Source of the DNA: Euryarchaeota archaeon UBA36
Lineage (GTDB): Archaea; Thermoplasmatota; Poseidoniia; Poseidoniales; Thalassarchaeaceae
DNA: 34,900 nt
Direction: 5' to 3'
Assembly: GCA_002496485.1 (NCBI GenBank)
Contig: DAJW01000119.1
Location: forward strand, 1-34,900
Below the pieces are notes generated by a model. The model saw only the letters and a list, made by a program, of their open reading frames with translations. It was not told where the DNA came from and did not search any database. Positions 25,930 through 33,482 of the stretch are shown here, one piece after another; position 1 is the first letter of the stretch; every line of letters begins with the position of its first letter. The position numbers and the translations under genes are program-made.

Positions 25930-27108
25930 ATGAGTGCCGACCTGTCCTGGATGGAAGATGAAATTAACAACCTTAGAAATCAGGGATTGGAATGGAATCC
26001 GCCCACATTGGAAGGTGCCAGTCAACCAAGGTGTATCATCGATGGAAAAAAAATGTTGATGCTCTCCTCAAATAATTATCTAAATCTTACAACGCATCCC
26101 AAAGTCATTCAAGCCACTGTAGAAGCAACAAAAAAATATGGTGCAGGATCTGGTTCAGTGAGAGCGATTTCAGGAACAATGGACATACATTTGGAAGCCG
26201 AAAGATTATGTGCAAATTTCAAAGGAGTAGAATCTTCCTTAATTTACTCTGCAGGATATACAGCTAATGTAGGGCTGATTCCAACTTTAGTCAGGGGAAA
26301 GGATGATATCATAATTTCAGACGAGTTAAATCATGGTTCAATAATTGATGGAGTAAGACTAACTAAGGCAAATAGAGCAGTTTATCAGCACAATGATATG
26401 AACGCCCTCGAACAAATACTCAAAGATAACAAAGATGCTGAGAGAAAACTAATCATTACTGATGGAGTATTTAGTATGGATGGAGATATTGCACCATTAC
26501 AAGATATTTCTAAATTAGCTGAAGAATATGGTGCTATGACTCTAGTGGATGATTGTCATGGAGAAGGAGTATTAGGGGAAGGAAGGGGTATTGTCTCCCA
26601 TTTCTCATTACAAGGAAAAATAACCTTTGAGATCGGCTCCTTTTCAAAAGCTCTAGGAGTCCAGGGCGGCATTCTAGCTGGTAGCAATCATGTAAGAACT
26701 TACGCACTTAATAATAGCCGTTCATGGCTTTTATCTGGAAGCCAACCACCAGGGGTAGCAGCAGCGCAAAAAGCAGCTATTGAAGTACTAATGAGTGAAC
26801 CAGAGCATGTTTCTAGACTATGGAAGAATACTAAGTACTTTCGTTCTGAATTGAATTCATTGGGCTTCGATACTGGAGTCAGTGAAACTCCAATAATTCC
26901 CGTAATGTGCGGAGAAAGTAAAAAGGCTAAAGAATTTTCCAAACTTCTGAAAAATCAAGGGATTATGGTAGGTGCAATAGTTTTTCCGATGGTATCTAGG
27001 GATAAGGCAAGAGTAAGAACCCAAATGTCTTCAGGATTATCAATTGATGATTTAGACATGGTCTTGCAATCTTTTGAATCTAGTGGGAAAAAATTAGGAT
27101 TAATTTGA
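25930..27108 (+). CDS. kbl: 2-amino-3-ketobutyrate CoA ligase (glycine C-acetyltransferase) / 8-amino-7-oxononanoate synthase family
   Basis: SNNYLNLTTHP, SDELNHGSIIDG, VDDCHGEGVLG and the PLP-lysine motif GSFSKALG. Length is 392 aa. Confidence 0.85.
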   Translation: MSADLSWMEDEINNLRNQGLEWNPPTLEGASQPRCIIDGKKMLMLSSNNYLNLTTHPKVIQATVEATKKYGAGSGSVRAISGTMDIHLEAERLCANFKGVESSLIYSAGYTANVGLIPTLVRGKDDIIISDELNHGSIIDGVRLTKANRAVYQHNDMNALEQILKDNKDAERKLIITDGVFSMDGDIAPLQDISKLAEEYGAMTLVDDCHGEGVLGEGRGIVSHFSLQGKITFEIGSFSKALGVQGGILAGSNHVRTYALNNSRSWLLSGSQPPGVAAAQKAAIEVLMSEPEHVSRLWKNTKYFRSELNSLGFDTGVSETPIIPVMCGESKKAKEFSKLLKNQGIMVGAIVFPMVSRDKARVRTQMSSGLSIDDLDMVLQSFESSGKKLGLI

Positions 27109-27117
27109 GATGAATAT

Positions 27118-27555
27118 ATGTACCTAGAAAATCATCTACGGAACTGGCCAATTTCCTGCGAATTAGATGTTCAATGGGGAGATTTAGACTCTATGAATCA
27201 TGTAAACCATACAGTATTCCTTAGATGGATGGAACATGCAAGGATGCATTACTTCAATTCCTGTGGGATGATGGAGTATCTCGAATCAGAGAAAAAAGGG
27301 CCTATTCTCGCAAGAATTGAAGCCAATTACTTATCACCCGTAAATTTTCCAGATAAGGTAACAGTTTATTCTACAGTATCTAGAATAGGCAACTCATCAT
27401 TTGATATGGAATATGAGATTATTAGCCAATCGGAAATGCAAAAAGTTGCCAATGGTAAGGTAACAGGAGTTTTTGTAAACTATATTAGTGGAAAAAGTAT
27501 TAAAATTCCTAATGAAATTATAGATAAAATCGTAAAACTAGAGTCCAAGGATTGA
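27118..27555 (+). CDS. acyl-CoA thioesterase, hotdog fold (4HBT/YbgC-like)
   Basis: VQWGDLDSMNHVNHTVFLRWMEHAR is the catalytic Asp/His region typical of 4HBT thioesterases. Length is 145 aa. Confidence 0.8.
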   Translation: MYLENHLRNWPISCELDVQWGDLDSMNHVNHTVFLRWMEHARMHYFNSCGMMEYLESEKKGPILARIEANYLSPVNFPDKVTVYSTVSRIGNSSFDMEYEIISQSEMQKVANGKVTGVFVNYISGKSIKIPNEIIDKIVKLESKD

Positions 27556-27622
27556 CATTATCTAGAATCATCTTACGGATAGATTATCAAACAGAGGTCA
27601 TCAGCCTAACCATGTCGATAGT

Positions 27623-28810
27623 ATGGGAGAGGATAAAGACATTTTTTCTATCTCAAAAAATCATTTAGATACCGGAATGCGAGGTATTCCAGTTGGAACT
27701 TGCAAAACGTCCTATGTAGATCCGATTGAAGGAGTACATTATGTGGGCTATCCAGTAGCAGATCTAGCTAATTTAGAAGAAGAAGATGTAATTTATTTGT
27801 TATTTCATAAAGAATTGCCCACAAAGAAGCAATCAGAAGATTTCAGGAAGGAATTAGCGCATAGAGGAGAAGAAATACCAACAGGGGCTTTGCGTGTTTT
27901 AGAAAGTTTAACTCCCGGAAGTGGCCATCCAATGGATTGGCTATCTATCGGTATAATGGCTATGGGGGCAGCCGAAACTACTGGAGATGTAAGGGTCGAT
28001 AGCATGAATTTAATTGCTAGAATGCCCGAATTGATGGCAAGAATATTCTTGCTTAGAGGTGGTCATGCAAATCGATCAACTTACCCTCCAACACTTAGAT
28101 CTCGAAAGCCAGAGCTAGGATTAGTAGAGAATTTCGTCCATATGCTTGGTCTAGAAGGTGAAAGTGCCGATATCATGAATCGAGTTTTGAGATTCTTTTT
28201 CATTCTTCATATGGATCACGGTGGTGGGAATCTATCCACATTTACCGGAAAAGCTGTATCTTCCGGAAGAGCATCAGTATATTCGGCTATTAGCAGTGCT
28301 ATGAATGCCCTATCCGGACCTCTTCACGGTAGAGCAAATCAAGCTTGCTTGGAATTCGTGCAAAGAGTTGGTACATCAGACCCGGAAGAAATCGAAAAAT
28401 TTGTTAGATCTGAAATGGAAGCTAAAAGACCAATATATGGGTTTGGACACGGGGTGTTACGTGCAGAAGATCCCCGAGCTAGCCTATTAATTGAGCTAGG
28501 CTCAGAAATCTGTCCAGAAGACGAATATTTTCAAATTGTAAAAACATTGAGAGAAGTTGTCCCCCCGATTCTAAAAGAATACCCCAAGATAAAAAATCCG
28601 TTTCCTAATGTAGATTTGGCCAGTGGAAGCTTACTTCATGCAGTAGGTTTCAGAAAGCCACATTATTATACAACATTCTTTGGATGGGCAAGAGTTGCAG
28701 GAATTTGTGCTCAGATTATAGATGAGAGAAATGCAAGAGATGGAAGGGGAGTTCCTATCTACAGGCCGAAATATATAGCTAGAGAGCAGAAATTAAGAAG
28801 ATTGGATTGA
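27623..28810 (+). CDS. citrate synthase
   Basis: Citrate synthase signature GFGHGVLRAEDPRA, LHMDHGGGNLSTF, and N-terminal GIPVGTCKTSYVDPIEGVHYVGYPVADLA. Confidence 0.9.
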   Translation: MGEDKDIFSISKNHLDTGMRGIPVGTCKTSYVDPIEGVHYVGYPVADLANLEEEDVIYLLFHKELPTKKQSEDFRKELAHRGEEIPTGALRVLESLTPGSGHPMDWLSIGIMAMGAAETTGDVRVDSMNLIARMPELMARIFLLRGGHANRSTYPPTLRSRKPELGLVENFVHMLGLEGESADIMNRVLRFFFILHMDHGGGNLSTFTGKAVSSGRASVYSAISSAMNALSGPLHGRANQACLEFVQRVGTSDPEEIEKFVRSEMEAKRPIYGFGHGVLRAEDPRASLLIELGSEICPEDEYFQIVKTLREVVPPILKEYPKIKNPFPNVDLASGSLLHAVGFRKPHYYTTFFGWARVAGICAQIIDERNARDGRGVPIYRPKYIAREQKLRRLD

Positions 28811-28812
28811 AA

Positions 28813-29928
28813 CTACCATCCATGAGTTTTCCCAGACCCCCTATGTCCAACAATTCTAACACTTTCCCAAGGTAAGCTATTTTCAGATACCTCTCCAAGT
28901 ATATCTTCCTCTTTCCTCTTCCATCCCCATCTTTTTATCCAGTCTTTGGTGATTGCTATTCTTTCAACATCAGAAAACTCGTACCACGGAGTAACTTCTC
29001 TTTTCATCTCACTGAGTCTTTCGGCATGATGTTCTGTTGGTGTAGAATCCAGTTTTTCCAATTCTTCTTCAGATAAAGGTTGAGTTGCGGGCCTTGACCA
29101 TCTAGCATGGCCTGATGGAAGAGTAACTAATTCAGGAGAAAAATCATCCGATAGTCCAGTCAACCCTGCTTCCCATATTTTTCTTTCCAACTCAGGTTTT
29201 GCAGGCCAGACATAAACCGGAAATCCACCTCTAATTCTGTTTAATTTCTCTAAATAACTTCCATGAATTCCTACGGTAGTCCCTAGGTTGAGAAATCTTG
29301 TATAGCCATGTAAATATTCTAAAGCACAAGGTAGCATTGGCGAACCATTTTTCTTATTTTTATTCATTAATCTAGGTAAGGAATTCATAACATAAGATGG
29401 AACTGCTAGTGCCCTCTGAGTAAATTCATTCCCCCATTGCCTAAGGTATGGCATCAATCTTGAAACTTTTAGGTTACTGTTTTTCTGTTTAGTTTGTAGA
29501 ATTTTTTTTTCGAACGAATATATCACAGCACTTGTAGGATTGATATCAAAACCCTCTAGTGATTCATTAACTAAATCAACCATTTTTTGCATGTGCTCCA
29601 ATCTTTTCAACCCCCTAATCCAACCTCCGGCTTTACCACTATTTGGATGAGGAGGTTTTAACTCAATACATACAAATTTTCCCCTTTCTGTAAACTCTCT
29701 AGTGAATTCTTTTTTGGATAAGAGCTCATCAAAAGTTTTGATATAGTCGGGCAATTCATCTGCTAACTCGCACTCTGGAAATCTATTATCATCGGTTATT
29801 GAATTATGGTATAGGACTAATTGCTCATCTTCACTAAGTCTCAAATCCAATTCGACCCCATCAGAGAAATTTATTCCATGAACAAGACTTTCAATAGTAT
29901 TTTCTCTAGGTTTTTCCCAACTCGACAA
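28813..29928 (-). CDS. glycerophosphodiester phosphodiesterase (GDPD) family protein with atypical motif order
   Basis: The N-terminus starts at PRENTIESL...GVELDLRLSEDEQLVLYHN (ENT / E-D / H-D-like motifs). FVCIELKPP and VYVWPAKPELERKIWEAGLTGLSDDF match later GDPD strands. The HRG motif (RIVGHRGSGK) is found only at the extreme C-terminus. TTG start with GAGGT 7 nt upstream. Confidence 0.6.
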   Translation of the reverse strand: MSSWEKPRENTIESLVHGINFSDGVELDLRLSEDEQLVLYHNSITDDNRFPECELADELPDYIKTFDELLSKKEFTREFTERGKFVCIELKPPHPNSGKAGGWIRGLKRLEHMQKMVDLVNESLEGFDINPTSAVIYSFEKKILQTKQKNSNLKVSRLMPYLRQWGNEFTQRALAVPSYVMNSLPRLMNKNKKNGSPMLPCALEYLHGYTRFLNLGTTVGIHGSYLEKLNRIRGGFPVYVWPAKPELERKIWEAGLTGLSDDFSPELVTLPSGHARWSRPATQPLSEEELEKLDSTPTEHHAERLSEMKREVTPWYEFSDVERIAITKDWIKRWGWKRKEEDILGEVSENSLPWESVRIVGHRGSGKTHGW

Positions 29929-30095
29929 GATATCAACCTCACAGATAAATTACCCGATTCTTTTCAACTATTTAATTCACAACTTCACCGGAAAACTAAT
30001 TATCGTATAGTTCAAACATGTTAAAGTAATTATTTTACTACCTAGTATCTGTAACAACACTGATACAATAAAACCTCTCCGTTCAATTGATTTGA

Positions 30096-31892
30096 ATGGC
30101 GGCTGAAACAGTAAAAATAACAAAAAGAAAAGAAGTAAGAGGGTTTGCACTTTATGATTGGGCCAAGTCAGGATTCGAAACTAGCATTACTGCAGGAGTA
30201 TTCCCCTCATGGTTTGCAATTTTATTCCTTTCAGCCAACGGCTTGAATATTGAAATTGCCAATCTTGAGTGGGATGCAGACACTGTTATGACACTCGCAA
30301 TTACATTTGGAGCATTGATAATAGCAATTCTTAGTCCATCCCTGGGCATAATTGCAGACAGAAAACCAATCAAGAAGAAAATGCTAAGATTTCTAACTAA
30401 TCTCGGACTAATTTCTGTATCACTAATTGCTCTAGCGCCATATTTACCAGTTTCAACAAAATGGTCATGGGCCTTAGTATTCTTTGTACTCGCGACTTGT
30501 GCTAATAATCTCGCAAGTGTTTTCTATAATTCTTTGATTCCTCATATAGGTTCAGAAGATGAAATGAATGAAATTTCAAATTTCGGATTTGCAGTGGGTT
30601 ATTTAGGTGGTTGTGTTTTACTAATTATTCATTTAATTATACTCATGGGATCAAATTACGCCGATTGGGCATTTAGCTTAGTTATGGCAACCACGGGAAT
30701 TTGGTGGTATGGTTTCGCAATTTTCTTGTTTTGGTGGATTCCTGAGCCAGAATTAGAAAATGAAATGGAAGATGTTGGAATTATTGAAAGCAGCAAGATA
30801 GCATTCTCCGAAGTATGGAATACACTAAAAGAATATAATAATTTTAGAACTTTATTTCTGTATATTTTTGCTTATTTCCTATTCATCGACGGCATAAATA
30901 GTGTGCAAACTGTAGGGGCTATATATGCTGTAGTCGTTTTAGGACTTGGTACAGTGGATCTAATAATCGTAGTTCTTGCACTAAATTTGTTCGCAGCACC
31001 TATGGCAATGCTATTTTCTAGAATGGCTGACAGAGGTACAACTAAGGGAGTACTTCAGTTGGTTTTAGTTATTGGGACACTAGTTATATTCCTCGGCCTA
31101 ACTTTCGCACCTCTAGAGCCCGATACTAGAGATGACTATGATATACAATTTACATCAAATGAAGATGGTTCATATGATGTTAATGTTAGAAGCGGCATTA
31201 AAGAAATAGCTAAAGATCCGGGGGGAGATGAACAAACTTGGGCAAAAAACTACGTTGAAATTCTTCCACTAGAACAAGATTCAACATCTCCTGATGACGT
31301 ACTTAAGTGGAAAATTTCAGAAGAAGTAGATGGTGAAGTTATCACCTTCGTAAAGAAAGTAACTGATACTTCATCCATTTCAGATTTTATTCAGCAACTT
31401 GAAGATAGTAGATTCAGTATTTACGTTTCAGGCGGAGTAGTTGGTGACACCACTATGGTAGGGACAGGCAACCCCTCGAGTCTTGGAGATGAACCTCTAG
31501 ATCAAATCGCAATGACCATGAGGGATTTAGTATGGGCCCCGTTGGGAATTGCAGTAGGAATGCAATTTCTCCTTCTAGGATTAATGTTTGGATCCATACA
31601 AGGAGCATCTCAAGGATTAGCTCGAAGCCTTTTTGGAAAAATGATTCCAGAATCCCGTTCAGCTGAATTTTTCGGATTTTTCGGATTTTTCGGTAGAGTA
31701 GCTGCAATAATTGGACCTGCCATGTATACATTCTTTTCACTAACAATAAGTAGTAGAGCCGGCATACTATCAATAGGATTTTTAATTCTTGGTGGACTAT
31801 TACTTTTGTATCGTGTAGATGTTGATGATGCAATTAGAGTTGCCGAGGAATATGAGGCCGGATTAAAAAATAATAAATCAGAATCAGAATAG
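30096..31892 (+). CDS. MFS transporter, Atg22/UMF1-like
   Basis: N-terminal RGFALYDWAKSGFETSI is the family hallmark (WalYDwAnSaf). There are about 12 TM segments. A roughly 138-aa hydrophilic insertion lies at residues 341-478. Confidence 0.75.
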   Translation: MAAETVKITKRKEVRGFALYDWAKSGFETSITAGVFPSWFAILFLSANGLNIEIANLEWDADTVMTLAITFGALIIAILSPSLGIIADRKPIKKKMLRFLTNLGLISVSLIALAPYLPVSTKWSWALVFFVLATCANNLASVFYNSLIPHIGSEDEMNEISNFGFAVGYLGGCVLLIIHLIILMGSNYADWAFSLVMATTGIWWYGFAIFLFWWIPEPELENEMEDVGIIESSKIAFSEVWNTLKEYNNFRTLFLYIFAYFLFIDGINSVQTVGAIYAVVVLGLGTVDLIIVVLALNLFAAPMAMLFSRMADRGTTKGVLQLVLVIGTLVIFLGLTFAPLEPDTRDDYDIQFTSNEDGSYDVNVRSGIKEIAKDPGGDEQTWAKNYVEILPLEQDSTSPDDVLKWKISEEVDGEVITFVKKVTDTSSISDFIQQLEDSRFSIYVSGGVVGDTTMVGTGNPSSLGDEPLDQIAMTMRDLVWAPLGIAVGMQFLLLGLMFGSIQGASQGLARSLFGKMIPESRSAEFFGFFGFFGRVAAIIGPAMYTFFSLTISSRAGILSIGFLILGGLLLLYRVDVDDAIRVAEEYEAGLKNNKSESE

Positions 31893-31915
31893 AATAAATT
31901 ACTGTAATAAATAAA

Positions 31916-33229
31916 TCATTCTTTTCTTAATTCGCCCAGGGCCTCTATTACTGCAGCCTGAGTGATTCTTCCACCCCTCTCCCTGAGCTTACTGGCAACA
32001 ATATCTACTTCTTTTCCTTCCGCTCCCGCAGTAACAGCCATATTTCTGACATGTAATTTCATATGTCCAGCTTGAATTCCTACGGTAGCCAAAGCCCTCA
32101 AGGCTCCTAAATTCTGAGCTAATCCAGATGCAGCCATAACTTTGGCTAATTCATCCGCAGTCTCTATGCCCAGTAGCTTCACATTAGCCTGAGCAGCAGG
32201 ATGTACTCTTACTGCCCCCCCGACTAAACCTACAGCCATTGGCAACTCAATAGATCCAACAAGATTACCGTCACCATCTTTCCACCATTTGGTTAATGAT
32301 CCATATTCTCTACCATATGAAGCGAAACTATGTGCGCCCGACTCTATTGCCCTCCAGTCTTGTCCACATGCTATGGCCACCGCTGAAATTGCATTCATGA
32401 TTCCCTTGTTGTGTGTCGTTGCTCTGAATGGATCTGCCTTGGCAAAATGATATGCTTGTATGACTCCCTCAATCACTTCTCTTCCACTTTCCGAATCATT
32501 TCCGGAATCTGACATTTCTCTAGGAGTAAATATTGCACTAACCCTGGCCAATCTGTGAATAGCTAAATTACTAATAATCCTGAGAATAACTGTGCCACCA
32601 GTAATTTCTTCTATTTTAGGGGCTATGGATTCTGCCATAGTATTTACTGCGTTTGCCCCCATTGCATCTCTACAATCAACAAGGATATGCATAATTACCA
32701 TCTGACCTGAATCCGTATCAATTATCTTCACTTCAATATCTTTACAACCACCTCCAAATTTTACCAAAATCGGATCCACTTCATTACACATCTTAATCAA
32801 ATTATTTTTTTCCCTAATAATTGAATCCCGTGCACTTTCTGGATTTTCACAATTAACAATTTGTATTTGCCCAATCATAATTGGATCATCATTATCCGAT
32901 TTAAATCCTCCATTATCTAGGCAGCGCTTGGCCATATTACTAGCAGCAGCAACTACACTCGGCTCTTCTAAGACGAAAGGAATGACAAAATGCTCATCAT
33001 CTATAACAAAATTAGTCGCTACCCCAATTGGAAGGGAGTATGTACCAATCACATTCTCTATCATTCTATCTGCGGCATCTTCGGACAATTCTCCCGAATC
33101 CGCCAATGCTAGGATATGCTCCTCAGATAAGCCGCCTATTTCGGCAATTTTCTTCCTTCTCTCAGCTACTGACAATTTATAGAATCCTTCAATCCGACTA
33201 TTTTCGACAGACATGTTTCTCAAACTCAT
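31916..33229 (-). CDS. hmgA: HMG-CoA reductase, class II
   Basis: ENVIGTYSLPIGVATNF, EEPSVVAAASNMAKR, DAMGANAVNTMAE, THNKGIMNAISAVAIACGQDWRA and GIQAGHMKLHVRN. These are class II (Pseudomonas/Thermoplasma-type) landmarks. Confidence 0.92.
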   Translation of the reverse strand: MSLRNMSVENSRIEGFYKLSVAERRKKIAEIGGLSEEHILALADSGELSEDAADRMIENVIGTYSLPIGVATNFVIDDEHFVIPFVLEEPSVVAAASNMAKRCLDNGGFKSDNDDPIMIGQIQIVNCENPESARDSIIREKNNLIKMCNEVDPILVKFGGGCKDIEVKIIDTDSGQMVIMHILVDCRDAMGANAVNTMAESIAPKIEEITGGTVILRIISNLAIHRLARVSAIFTPREMSDSGNDSESGREVIEGVIQAYHFAKADPFRATTHNKGIMNAISAVAIACGQDWRAIESGAHSFASYGREYGSLTKWWKDGDGNLVGSIELPMAVGLVGGAVRVHPAAQANVKLLGIETADELAKVMAASGLAQNLGALRALATVGIQAGHMKLHVRNMAVTAGAEGKEVDIVASKLRERGGRITQAAVIEALGELRKE

Positions 33230-33281
33230 CAGGTGACATCAGGCTTCTAACCTTTTTCAAAGCTGTAAAACTTTAGAAATT

Positions 33282-33453
33282 AAGCGTTAATTAATACATT
33301 AACGCTTTATTAACGCTTTTTATAAACGTTAACATAGCGTTAATCATCTAAAACAATAAACGTAATACTACATGATATTTTAGTAAATTTAACGAATGGG
33401 TTTTCTGAAAAACCTAGAAATTAACGTTTCTAGACACGTAAATAAGCGTGAAT
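33282..33453. repeat. array of about 9 copies of AAGCGTTAAT / ATTAACGCTT in both orientations within the hmgA-ATPase divergent intergenic region
   Basis: Copies read directly: 33282-33291 AAGCGTTAAT. 33298-33307 ATTAACGCTT. 33309-33318 ATTAACGCTT. 33324-33333 AAACGTTAAC. 33335-33344 TAGCGTTAAT. 33358-33366 AAACGTAAT. 33388-33397 TTTAACGAAT. 33420-33429 ATTAACGTTT. 33444-33453 AAGCGTGAAT. Confidence 0.8.
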
Positions 33454-33459
33454 ATTAAG
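33451..33459 (+). promoter_or_regulatory. TATA-like box for the downstream ATPase gene (leaderless)
   Basis: AATATTAAG is centred about 27 nt upstream of the ATG at 33483, and it overlaps the last motif copy. Confidence 0.3.
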
Positions 33460-33482
33460 AGTTCGACCAGTCACTCAAGAAT

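Noticed and set aside
28813-28845. GHRGSGKT at the C-terminus of the GDPD protein matches the Walker A pattern GxxxxGK[ST]
   Set aside because: It lies 4 residues from the stop codon with no P-loop NTPase fold around it. The surrounding RIVGHRG matches the GDPD first-strand motif much better.
31668-31694. Three tandem copies of a 9-nt unit (TTTTTCGGA TTTTTCGGA TTTTTCGGT), a possible microsatellite or phase-variation site
   Set aside because: It is in frame and encodes FFGFFGFFG inside a TM segment of the MFS transporter, near the family's conserved FFG-type motif. A unit length divisible by 3 would not cause frameshift switching. It remains a possible source of in-frame length variation only.
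31453-31833. 126-aa minus-strand ORF inside the MFS gene
   Set aside because: It is antisense to a well-supported transporter ORF and has no motifs.
32928-33276. Plus-strand ORFs 32928..33182 and 33028..33276, the latter reaching into the repeat-bearing intergenic region
   Set aside because: Both are antisense to the 5' part of hmgA, which has strong class II HMGR motifs. Their translations are Ser/Leu-rich shadows.
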